Translations under genes and position numbers: made by a program | From: Klebsormidium nitens | Taxonomy: Eukaryota; Plantae; Klebsormidiophyceae | Length of the DNA stretch: 64,000 nt | Assembly (NCBI GenBank): GCA_000708835.1 | Contig: DF237125.1 | Location: 62,001-126,000, forward strand | Direction: 5' to 3' | Part shown: one piece after another, positions 36,635 to 48,900 of the stretch | Layout of the letters: each line of letters opens with the position of its first letter | Position numbering within the stretch: the first letter of the stretch is position 1 | The notes under the pieces: model-generated | The model's database searches: none | What the model saw: the letters and a program-made list of their open reading frames with translations, nothing else | Told to the model about the DNA's origin: nothing

Positions 36635-38118
36635 ATGGCGGCTGCTGGCGACGCAGCTGACCCTGAATCACTGACATTTCTATTCAACAATTCAGAGGAT
36701 TCCGATGTCTTGCTAACGCTTCAAATAGCAGGAGAGAGTGGTCAGGGGAGGGGGCAGCACGATGCAGAATTCGACACTGTACTAAATCTGCACAGCACAG
36801 TTCTAAGGAAGCACAGCAAGTTCTTTGATACTCTTCTTTCAGAAAGATGGACCGGAAACGATACACACGCAAGCAGGACTACTGTGACTCTGAAAGGATG
36901 CGAAGATGCAGGAAAGCCTGCATATGAATCCGTCCTTCAGTATATGTACAACATGGAGAACGGTCACTATGCGCCTGAGAGAAAACTCTTTTGCAATGTA
37001 GAAGGTGCAATTAGAATCTTCCGTGCTGCCAATCGTCTAGAAATGCTGTCACTACGGCAGAAAGCTCTGGATTACCTTGCGGCAGTGCCCTGGAGTGAAG
37101 AAGCGAAAGAAAGCATTGAAGAACTTTGCAAAGGAGATATCGGCGACGACATACAGCCCTTGCAAGCGCGTCTAGGGCCCAAACCAGCTTTCAGCGATGA
37201 CCTGAAAGAGAAAATAGTTAGCCAGTTGTTGGATGACGAAGATTATAGCGAGCATGTCGTAGCCAACCTCTCTGAACTCATCAAGGTTGGTGCCTTCAAG
37301 GACGCCATGCTTGATAAGGTCTTGGGAGATCTCCTAAGGACATTGAGGGGATGGCGGGACAACATGAACAACGACAAGTCCTGGGATCTAGAAACGACGG
37401 GACGCTTTGTTCGCAGCCTCCGCTTGGCGATGAAGGCAGCGCTGGAAAGTGGTCGCAACGTCTCTCCAATTCTGGACATGTTACAAGAGGACTGCGAAAA
37501 GTGGAGCGGCATCTTGTCAATGAATTCTGATACCAATGAAAATAACAAGGAGTGGAGAGAACTCTTCCAGGAGCACTTCTATCAACATCTGATCAAGGTC
37601 TCAATGAGCGGAAAGCCGCCATTTATGAACGCACAACGGGCCTTGGTTGTGAGACTCTGGGTTCCCCTGGATCTTGAGGAGGTCAATCAGCTGGATGTGA
37701 AGACGCTATTACGAGAGAAGCAAGTTGCCGCTGATGTCATGGACGTCTTGAGTACGCTCTCATCAAGCGAACAGGATGACATTTATGAGGAGTGGCTGCC
37801 TGACCTCTTCGATATGGCGGCGTGGGTTCCGCGGTTGAAGGACTCGCTAAGAGTACGTTTCCTTCTGGAATTCAGTACCTTCATTTGAGCTTAGGTGATC
37901 CTTAGAAGTTTGTCATGCTTGGAAGCGATCAGATCAAGCGTTCCATTGTGGAAGAATGTGCATATTGCACATCCAAATTCGCTTGACGGGTTCTTACATT
38001 ACCAAAATTGCACAACAATTCTGATCTAGATGAGGTAATGCTTTTGCAGGAGAGATGCCTGCCTTTACACGTCAGCAGCCGATACAACCCCAAGAAACGA
38101 AAGACCCCAGACTCATGA
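36635..38118 (+). CDS. BTB/POZ domain protein, paralog 3
   Basis: Long exon 36635-37852 (donor gtacgt) plus tail exon 38050-38118 (ERCLPLHVSSRYNPKKRKTPDS*). The unspliced ORF stops at 37888. Clearly paralogous to 32825-34317. Confidence 0.88.
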
Positions 38119-39266
38119 CAGGTAAGCCTGGCCACCGATGACAGCGACAAGAAACAGTCGCTTGGGTTAAACCTTCGCACCAGCTTTTCAACGGCTGCAC
38201 CTATCCATTCGACGTCCTTCAGGTAAGGAATGACGGGGTCTTCAAATGAAAGCAATCCTGACCGCATTTTCAGGTTTTCCAAGTGTAGGGTACGTTGCAA
38301 AGTATGGTTTTGATTTTTGAAAGCCGTACAGAGCTGTTATGAGAGGATGCTTTGGGAAGGACCTTGACAGGTGAAGACTCGTTTGAGCTGCATCCATTCT
38401 CTTTCGAACGAGGTCTTTTGAGCACTCGAAAGCTACTCCGGGATACCGGCTTCATCTAACGTGCTCCATCAGTGCTTCCAACACCAGCAGTCGACAATCT
38501 AAGAAGCGGCTGATAAGAGGGCTCAGAACGCTACGTCTTCAGGCGACAGCCCTTCAGAATTCAGACTAAAGACGGGCAATTGATCTGGAACCTGGGTTTA
38601 GAGGAAACCACGATTCTCTTGTTCAGGTGGAAGCGCATTAAGGCCGAGCCTCGGAGGCTGAGCAACCATTGCCAGGGCAAGCTAGTACAGATGCGGCATG
38701 TTTTGGTAAGAAGCTGAAAATCCGCGGCTCGACGAGCACATAAAGAGTCGGCTAAGTTCAAAGGATCACTTTCTTGCAGTCCGACTGCTTGCATGCTCTT
38801 AACAATCGATCGCAACTGAATGACCAATTGGTTTCGGCCCGGTCTTCAAGGGCAGTGTACTCTCGGATCAAAGCTTATAGAAACTGAGTGAGCTCAAATC
38901 GTTATTGATCATGCGCACTACGGGCAAGCCTGAGCAAGGTGCGATACTCTTCAGATTTACAGCTCACAATCTCAGTGTACCACGGTCACTCGAGAGGCCG
39001 GTGACTCTAGCTACTTCGGTGGACAGCTCCTGATGGCTGTATACGGTCCTCAAGTCTACGTCTATATCATTACATCCCAACAATCCGACATTAATAAGTT
39101 AGGTGGATGACCATCATGCGCGGTATTAAGCGAATGTTTTCCGCACTATGGTTGTCTAATAATCGACCGTAAAGCGCGGCCGCGGACATTCACACTGATG
39201 GTCGCATCATTTAAAAGATATGTTGCATGCAGCCTTTCGGTCTACTAAGCTAGCTCAAGTGAATTC

Positions 39267-39326
39267 ATGGCCGCCATGCCAGAGCACGCATCATTTAAAT
39301 GATGCGTGCTCTGGCATGGCGGCCAT
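39267..39326. repeat. Perfect 60-bp palindrome with no spacer
   Basis: ATGGCCGCCATGCCAGAGCACGCATCATTT|AAATGATGCGTGCTCTGGCATGGCGGCCAT, checked base by base. Confidence 0.97.
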
Positions 39327-39926
39327 AGCCAACTGAGGCATGCTATAGTATACGTTGAGGCATGTGACGGTCGGACGGCGTTAGTACCGCATATGCATCA
39401 TGTAATACTCGATCGATTGACACGTACATCATGCAAGTTGGCGACTGCATGGCAACGATGCGCGGCATCATTCGTGCATTTTAACTTAAACCCACAATCA
39501 ACTAAAGATAAGTGCCTGAACGATGTATGATCACGCAAGCTGATTTGTTGGATGATGTATACGGTTAATTCTCTTTCCAAACCCCGTAGATAATTGCATT
39601 GAAATCGGTTAAGATGGCGGCCAGCGAAGCACCGGCACTGCTTACGATGGCAGCACGGCGCATAGCCTGGCAGAGCTGGAGCAGAAGGCTGGCGCGGCAG
39701 CGAACCCATGTCGAAAGGCAGCCTAAATTGATGTAGCTGGATCGAAGCTCACACTCATACTGATACCCAAAGCAGACTTGAACGCGCTCGTTACTACGTC
39801 GTGACGTTTTGACCCGGCAGGCTCAGGGTGGTCGCAGTGGTTGCCGTCCCAGGCCATGACGGAACGCTTATCGAAACGATTGATTCGTTGGGGACCGTAT
39901 GCTAAAAATTCATACCGAAGGGGCTC

Positions 39927-42349
39927 TCATGATGTTGCAAGGACTCCTGGCGGTAGGTGGCAACATCGTTTCAAGGCCTCCTCTTGTATCGACCTCAAAT
40001 TGCTCCCTATCTCCTTGACAATTCTGCCCTCTATTAGGCGGACAGGCATCCACATTTGCGGACTGACTTCGACAACGTAGGACAGCTTCGTACCTTCAAC
40101 TTCGCCATCCAATCTTTGCCCGCTACTTCGGGAGTCGTGCCTTACTTCAGCCTGTCCAAAGCGGACGCATACTTTTACGATTGGATTGGAAAAAATGTCC
40201 ATCAATTATCAGCCCTTCAAAGACTCGAAGTAGTAGACTCAGAAAGTTTTAGTGTCCACTGCTTTCTGCGAAGCCGGGACAGTCCAGAATCATTCAGGAG
40301 TCACGGGTGAGCTAAGAGGACGCGCAAATCCTATGCGTTGGACAATTGTTTCTCGCTGTTCAATAATTACCGAGGACACGGACAAGTTTCACATGCACAC
40401 CCTTCTGTGGAACTATTCCAAAACGCCGTACTCCATGAACACCCGAATGTCCTTTCCGGCTTCGACAACATTCTAACTTAGGCAGGCGGACAGTCGAAGT
40501 GGTACCGTTCAAGATAATTGTGTAGGACATGAAATGCACTCTCGAGCCTCGCTCTTTTAAGATGGCAAGCTTCTCGGATGTCTCTTGAAACTCAAGACAG
40601 TCCCTTGTTTAAACCTCCCCCTTCTAAGGTGGCGCGACGGAATGTAGCCCAGCCCCTCAATGTCCTGTCGTCCAAATTTGGAAAGAAAAGTGAGCGCGCC
40701 CCATGAAGACCAGAATGCAACTCAATATCTGAGTATGACGAGCATTGCAGATGCTGACCTGCTCCATTCTCCAGACGCCCTCGAACTTTTGGAAGTCCCC
40801 GTCTAGTTGCCGGAACTCGATTTCTCGCGTCCCTTCTGCCAGCGTTTCTTCTGGCACTTCTTCGACCTCCATGACAATGCGTGCAGAGAACTTGGCGCCA
40901 AAGGCAACATCCTGCTCACCAACCTGTTGCACAGAATAGACGATTCGGGACTTCCTGCAGTGTCGCGCAGCTTGCCTTTCTGAAAGAACCGATCTGTAAT
41001 GAAAGAACTTCTTGTTGCCAGAACGTTCGGTTGCCTTCAATGAGGACTACAGTTCGAGTCTGACTTTTTCGACCGAAAACTTGCAAGCGAAACCTTCCTG
41101 AAGATGTTGATACACTTGCATGACAAATCTGGATTCGATCTACACTGAACGAAGTATCTGCAGGGATTTCTCGAAGACTGGCGATACAAATGGTTCGCAA
41201 CCTGCAAATCGCCTGGTTGAAAGTCTTGGCTGAAAGCCCCAAAGAACGCTTCTGAAACCGTCCGAAGCTGCCTTTCAGATGTATCCGAGATGTCAGATTC
41301 CTAAGATGAGCGTTTGAAGACCATCAATTGAAGACCGTCAGATGACCAGATGAGCGTGCTTCGCGCTTCTCCTTCAGGCAGGGGACAGCGCACCTGAGCT
41401 CACGAGTCCTGACAATAAGACGCAATGCAAAGCTGTTTTCCATGGCCCAGGAAAACAGAGGCATTCAGAAAGTCTCTGAGTTATAAACGAGCTGCGTGAG
41501 AGGCAACAAGCTCTTTCAGATGATCAAGCCCTCAGAAACTTTGGCACCTGCATTCTTTGGAGCCAAGCCCTGAGAGTCACTTCATGGGTAAGACATATCA
41601 TTCACAGAAGTTGGACCATAGAGAAAAGCGTAAAGGCAGGTGAAAAGACAGGCCCCCACCTGCAGCAGCTTTGCCCCCCGGGGCCGTCGCTCCAACACCT
41701 CGTTGACCACCAGGCCTGGGATGATGTCAGCGAGGCTGCCGTAATCCGTCAGCACTCCCCACACCACATACACTGGGGCGCACACGTCGACGCTTGCTTC
41801 GATGCGCCTCATGTTACGCCCCACTTTCTCTATAGCCACTGCGACCTCCTCAAAAGTTCCCTCAAGCGCAGTCTCGTCTACCATTTCTTCACTACTTGTT
41901 TCTTCACTAGGGAGAGAACAGCAAACTTGGCTTTTTCTACCCCTTCGATGTAAAGGTGGTGCTATCCTTCTTGCGACGTTCAAGTCTGAGAAAAGCACTG
42001 CCCGCCTAGGAACTTGCATATCACTGGCCAATGAACTGAAGCGCAAACCAGTGCCGGCCTGGTGGCAACTGCACTTTGAAGCGGGCCCACTATGTAAGTT
42101 GCTGGCACAACTTCTTAACTTTCTTCTCATATTTGTACCACCTTCTGGAAGACTTTCTGAGAGTGTATGCCGGTCACTAGAATGTCGCAAAAGCCCAAAT
42201 CTCTGAGGGTGTGCATGAAGGCACCCTTGTTGGCGCAAGCATTCTTCAGCAAGACCGAGATTACTCTGGGCCCTGCGTGCATTGAACTCATGGAATGAGC
42301 GCGTGCCCGTTTGTACACCAGGACAGTGCATGCACGCTCCCCCGTGCAT
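39927..42349 (-). CDS. SRPBCC/START-like polyketide cyclase/dehydrase and lipid-transport protein, probably organelle-targeted
   Basis: Exons ~41660-42349 (start codon uncertain), 40759-40923, 39927-40151. Motifs RRIEASVDVCAPVYVVWGVLTDYGSLADIIPGLVVNEVL, QVGEQDVAFGAKFSA, DGDFQKFEGVWRMEQ, TKLSYVVEVSPQMWMPVRLIEGRI. Confidence 0.9.
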
Positions 42350-42931
42350 ATTGGCCACTGTATCAAAGTTGCAGCAACAGCTGCTGAACCTAGGATGACG
42401 GTTGAAGCGGTGGTCGCTGGCAGGACTCAAACGCTGGCTCCAGCATGCAAATGTCCTTACTGACGCTAGACCAAGGAGCAGAAATGGCTGCAGAATCCCA
42501 ATTGCTAGAAGTGGCGGTGTGTGGAAAGAGCTTTGACTCAGTGACCTTTAATGAACGGCCCCTCCTCAATCTCTTTCTCCTGCCTCCTTCCTCCGAAATG
42601 CTGCCTTGTCTAGGAAATCCACAGGCCAGGCAAGGTGCTTCAACTAGATCGAGCTGGAAGTGAAGTTGGTTCTGGACGTTCTCAAAATCAAGCGACGGCC
42701 TTCATTTCTCACTTCAACTTCAAGTGACCAACTTTCAACGGCTGGCAACTCAGAACTTCTGCCACCTCAGATACTCTGGTCAATCTTTGCGCACAGTGAC
42801 ATGGTCAATGTGGCATGAGCAGAGCGTCCAACAACTTGCATAATTTATCCTCCCAGTGCCAGTCCTGGATCCTGCAATGGCGCTCTCTTTTTCTTGCAAG
42901 TAGTTCAACACATCTCTTTGGAGGCTTCACG

Positions 42932-45900
42932 ATGGCCAGCGCAGAGGAGGAGATTGCGCGGCACCTGACTGCGTGCCGGCAGAGCGGGGGCGAGGGCGCC
43001 TTAGAGCATTTGCAGGCGGCGCAGAGCATTTTGCTGCAGCACCCCTCCGAGCTGCTGCCGCGTTTCTTGCCGGACGTTCTGGAGCTGCAGGACGCGCCAC
43101 TTGGCGCCGCCAGGAGATGGCTGGCAGAGTGAGAGGTTTTCCCGATTGCTAGGGTGGTATGTTTCACCCAATCACCCCTGGCACAGAGCTGAAAGGGTGC
43201 TGAGAGTGGCGAGGCTCAGAAAAAACTCGCTCAGCGAATTTCCAGAAACAGAGTCATTGTGATTAGAATATCAGGCGGTTGCATTTCGAATACCAGGGTG
43301 GTGTTAATGCTGGCGCCTTGGCGTGGCTGATACAATGGCTTGATTTCGGGGCCAAGCATGAAAGCAATTTTATGTATAGCTAGCCACCAAGCTGGGAGGT
43401 GGCCGTTGAACTCCGTTCGTGGAAGTACTGACTAAGAATCAGGAATGAGCGGGGGTTTGTGTTTGATTGCAAACCCTGCTGATATTAGCTCAACCCTCGT
43501 GCATTGTCCATGTTGATCAGCTTGTTTTGACTTGCAGGATTGAACAGCCACAGCCTAATGCTTCTGAAAAAGTTCAATCAGAGAATGCTGAGGTGCTGGC
43601 AGAGGTGCCCAATCAATCCAACGGGAGTTCTGAAATGGTTTTCAGTCTTGTTTAGAGAGTTGATATTCGCCACTGATTCTGGGGGTTCCGTCATATCTCC
43701 GGTGATGCTTCCGGGCTTCAGCAGGTTTGGGGTTTTCCTGGAGAACTCTTCCAAGGTTACTGTGCGGAAATACCGTATCCATTCGGCAACCTTACCAGCC
43801 AGAAACTAACCAGGCACTAACTATGGGTTTCCAGATCTCTGGAGGCCGCTGGTTTGGCAGTCCCGTCCCTGCTGGTGTCCATACTCCCCACCCTACAGCG
43901 CCTGCTTTCGGACAGCCAGCCAGGGGTGGTCAAGCGGACGCTCCAAACCGGGCGCCTGCTCATGCCCGAAGTGATGCGCCAGATGTTGCAGGTAGAAGGC
44001 CCGTTGTTACTTGTGACGTTGGGGCAAAGGGTTTTCTGTGGTTCGATGAGCTGAGAGTCGGTGGACGAATTGGGTGCACTTTGAACTGAGATCTGGTTGG
44101 ATGGTTCTTGGTTGTGTTGCGTTCTGATTTGTTGAAATCTGGAGAAGCTCCAAAGCACAAGGGAGTTTCGAAAGCTCTCCAAAAGCTAGAACTGGGTTTG
44201 GCTAGACGGGCAAGAGGCTAACCGACTGTTGAGTTTTAAAAGCTGTTCTCAAGGATCACAAGTTGACTGATGGGTTGGCTGGAGTAGTGTTAGCTTTGAG
44301 CAATTTGCCCGAGATGTATTTTGATAAGCGTGCAACCCACCTTGGTTGAGATTCAAAGGTGTGTGACAAACTCGGTTGAGGATTGTACAAATGTCAGATT
44401 CGTCACAGACCCAGAAGATTGTTCTCTTGAATCTTAACAAGGAAAGAAAACGTAACTGAACGGTTTTTAAGGGGATGAAGACTCAGATCGGAAACACTCG
44501 TGCGCAGGACTTCAAGCCAGAGAGTGACTCGGCATCAGAGATGGCCCGCCTCTGGGAGGCCGCGCGGCAGTTCAAAGATGCGGCAGTAGCAACTGCCCTG
44601 CAAGTGAGCCCGATTTTCGATTTTGCCAACCCATTCTCGAAATTGCTCTTTAAATCCCTTCAGGACGTCGTACATATTGGTCAAGCAGCCTGAGAAATCT
44701 TTGCATTGGATTCCACAGTCTTGTAGTACTTTCTTTGCAGTTTCCGTCGTCTTCAGGCCTTTCTTGCAAGGTCTGATTGGAATCAAAACACTCTGAAGTC
44801 CATAGGCAACGTACACTAATAGGAAAGGGCGTACAGCAGATCAAGAGCCAAAAGCCAGACAATGTGCGGCCCATTTTGAACCTCCTGGTGACATCTGCAG
44901 CACATTAACAGTGGGGTTCGTCTGTATGGGGTCAAGTTCACGGAGGCGGTGATCCTGCTCTACACCCCCCAAACAACCACCTCAGCAACTATAGAGAACG
45001 GTGAGGACTTGGAGATGGTCCAAATCGCAGACTGCCCTCAAGGGATACACGGGGCTGACTGCGGTGCATGTATCCAAATGGTGTCGAACTCATGGTGCTT
45101 ACGAGATGATAATCTCATTCGGAAGGTCCTAGCGTCTCGATCACGTTGATGTATTCGACTTTAAACGAATCTTTTTGACAATGAAGAGCTTCTGTAACTG
45201 CTATTTTCCCCTCGACGCAACAAGTGCCCGCCACTTCCGGCCTCTTTCTGTTCAAGTGAAGAAGGCTTGACTTGTCAAGAATGATATGAGTCATATGAAA
45301 GGAGTCTACTTTTACCGGCTTTTCTGCAATCACCAAGGAGCATGTTTCTCAAGCCAGCCCTCAAAATTGTAACCTGCTTCGGCGCAACTGTGAAGAGTTC
45401 AAATTCGTTGCCTGTAGGTTCTGCATACACTGCGGTGCACGCCGGTCTCGTCCCGCCAGGTCACCCTCTGTTGGACTCAAGCCTGCTGGCGGTCGACGCG
45501 ACGCGCCACCTGGCATCCCTCCTGGGCCAGTTACGTGGACCCTCTGCTTATTCCATACCCACTCCAGTCATGCTGGTCCTCATAAGCAGGTGAGGCGCTG
45601 TCGAATCAAAAATACTGAACGTTAGTCTTTGATTTAGGTCGTCATATCGCTTCAGACCACAAATGCTCTGTGCCTGATTAGCAGGCGCGGTGTCATTCAA
45701 GGAACAGAAGCGTCAGTTTTGGGTCCGGCCATCCGACTGATGATTTGAGAACGCTTTATATTGGTGAGCTTTTCTAAGCATTCCAGCAAAATCGATTTTT
45801 GCGGTCGACGTCGCGCCTAAACATGCGCAACGTCGACTGATGCTACTCGCATGCTGCTTGAAGCATGCATCGAGGATTGTAGCATCGACCTCTTTTGCTG

Positions 45901-48900
45901 CTTCATACTCCGCCGGTCCATGCATCGCTTATGCCCCTTGTCACTCACTTATATCTCCCTGCCTCTCCCCCCCTATGCAGCCTGACCGCCATTGCCCGCC
46001 AGCGCATGTCTTTCTTCGGACGCGTCTTGCCTGTGTTGCTGTCGTTGAGCCAGCCCCCAGCGGACCCGGGCGCCAGCAACTCAGGGGGGGACGTTAAGCC
46101 CCGAGTCCACCCCCCCAGTATCTTGCACGCGCTCAAGACGGCCTACTTGACGCTTGTCCGATTGCCAGACTCCTCAGTCGCGCCGGTGGGTCTCTGAACA
46201 TAAGTGTTTGACGTCCTCGACTCTTCAACAACGAACTGAATTTTTGAATGTTCGTTGTTGCTTTCACTGGGAAAGCTATCATGGAGCATCTGACGTCCTT
46301 GTTTGGAAAGTGCTTCAAATATGTTTCTACGTCTGAATGAAAGTACAAGTCTGAGGTAGCTGTGATGTTGCTGGGGGCATCTTTGCCAGACACGTGAGTA
46401 GGCGTTTGGCCAGATATGGATCTTGGAGTCGACTTACCCCTTTCTGTCGGTCTTTGCTGATTTCGTAGATATTTGCGCCAAAGCTTTTTACTTCTCAATT
46501 ATAGCATTCTTCTTTTTTGTGTCGATCTCCTATTCTTTGAGTCCCGGAAAAACACTGGTCAATCCGACAAGCGCCTCAGAAGCCGCTGACCCCTATTTCT
46601 CACTGCAGTGGCGAGAGCGGTTGCTCAGCGGGCTCCGCTCCATCGGTGCCAACGACGCCGCTTCGACAGAGGAGCGGCGCTTGGAAAAGCAAAGCTCGCA
46701 GCAGCGGGAGGCGGCGACTCGCAAAAGAGGTCAGGCACAAGCGCCAGAGCAGACGCAGGGGGGGGCGCCAACTGGTGACGGACGTGAGGGGGGGCCGAAG
46801 CGCGTGAAGAAGGAGGAGGGGGACATCGAGCCGGACGTGAAGCCTGCGGCGGGGGGGCCAAGTAGATTACCAGGTGAGGGGGGGGGTGTCATCATGCAAT
46901 TTGAAGGAATGGTGAAGCGTTGGTCTGTCTTTTTCGTCAGCGTAGCCATGACGAAGGCTTCGTAACATTCAATTGCTGCGTTTGGTTTTATCGAACCCTG
47001 TTACATTTGTCGAGTGGCCTTCTCGGCTGCCAAGTCACTGCGATGACTGCTTTTCGTTTCGTTTTCTGTTGAAGGCTTAAACTGCCACGATCATCTGGCC
47101 GTTCGTTTTCTTGGCGCCCGTCTTAGATTGCTGAACCGGATTTTTCCAAGAGGTTTATGAAAGACTTTTTCGATAGGCCATGCCCGAAATTTGGATTAGA
47201 AGCCCTAAAGGCCTGACTTTCATCATCTAGTAGTTGGGTTCTCGCGACGTTCTTGACCTGGACCGACTTTACCACTTGCCAGGTGGCCCGACGCTGGACA
47301 CGATGCTGGGCCTGGTGTGCCAGCTGGCAGCACGCACCGAGCCGGAAGCCCAAGCTCAGCTACGGCAGCTGGTGGACCAAATGCCCATCGGACTGCTTGT
47401 CGATCTAGTTATGGCCAGCATGAAGAACGACCCCCTTCCGAAACCGGCGGTTAAGATGGAACCGGGGGGGGGCGTCCAGGAGGCGAAACCTCCGAAACAG
47501 AAGGTAAGGAGACGGGAGGCTTTGAGAGACATGGGTGCTGTAATCTTAGACATGTAGAACATGGGTGCGAATCTTGGACGATATCTCTCCATCATTCACG
47601 AGTTGCTCAGGCTTTTGCAACTCACTTCATGCAATATGTGCCACATCGAAACAGCAGCGCTCTGTCTTCCGCTGTCTTAAGGTATTTCTCGAGAGAACTT
47701 TGGCTTGTAGCCTCTTCTTTGTCCCCACGTCCAGAGAACCAGCCAAGATCCTGATTCAGGTGCTTTCTCACTGCAGATGCCACCAGGTTTCCCACCTCCC
47801 GCCAAACCTGCCCTCCCCCCACAAGTCAAGCGCGAGCACCCTGCGCCGACTCCCCCCCCCTCAACTCAGGCTCGCGTCAACCCCCCTCAGCCTTTGGCCC
47901 GCACTCCGACCCCCCCCCTCGCGACGGGCCCTCTAGTGGCCGGGGTAGGTGAAGGGCGGTGGGCGGTGGTTCCGCTGAGCAGTGCTCAGAGGGTCGAACA
48001 AGCCCGGGGGGCGATAACCCGGGTTGTCAAGGCGGGGCAGTTAGTGAGGGGGGCGCGCGCGGGGCAGCTGCGGGCGGCACTCATTGGGAGGATGCTGGCG
48101 CAGGTATTGAAATACCTTTGCGCCTTTGCGTGTTTGAATTGGCCCTGTTCATATCTTAAATGGTTCTTTGTTTTAAGTGTGGCCGAGACGCAGAATGTTC
48201 AGGGTATTGGTATGAGCCTGTGCTTGTAAAGTCATTACAATATGCGCGTTCTGAACGGTGAAAAGAAAGGTTGGTACTCCTGGAAAGCTTCAAGCCCGCT
48301 GCTGAGATCAGTGCTCTCGCAACCTGTCACAGTCTCTCTCGCTCTGTTTCGTGAGTCATTTTACAGCTGCTTTGTACCAAAGCTGCAAGCGTTGTGTCCT
48401 CTTTGCAGGCCGAAGAGGAGGTAGAAACTGGACGGGTGGAGGCGATCGTGGCTCAGCTGTTTGGAGACGCTCTGCGGAATGACGTGAGCCGTCGGACAGC
48501 TTTGTATTATCGTATCTGGCATCAGACCATCCAATTCGCTGCATGATACCAGTTCAAAGAGCGGAGATCCGGAAACTGACCTCATAATCTCGTCGAATCT
48601 GCCTCTTCGCATGACCGTCAAAGAGTGCGCTGGCCGGTTCATACTGATAGACAATAATCTGTGCTTGTTTGCGTCGTTCTATTTGTGGTCGACTTGTGGT
48701 CGATCCTTGCACGGAATCAGCTTTCTCAAAAAAATGATCCAAAGCGCCGCTTTACAGGAGTTCGGTTCCTTTCGAGTCCAGTTCTTTGTTTTATTTCCAA
48801 ATTTCTGCTCGGATGACACTTTCTCTGTCCAGAATCCTGCTTTGAAGCAACAGTCTTGCCAAATCGCTGTTCGCCTCGGTTGCAGATTCAGGGCGTTAAG

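Larger units (their letters stand above)
35744..40154 (+). repeat. Tandem segmental duplication, unit B (~4.4 kb)
   Basis: Collinear with unit A. It is ~650 bp longer, with extra sequence around 39050-39600. Confidence 0.88.
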
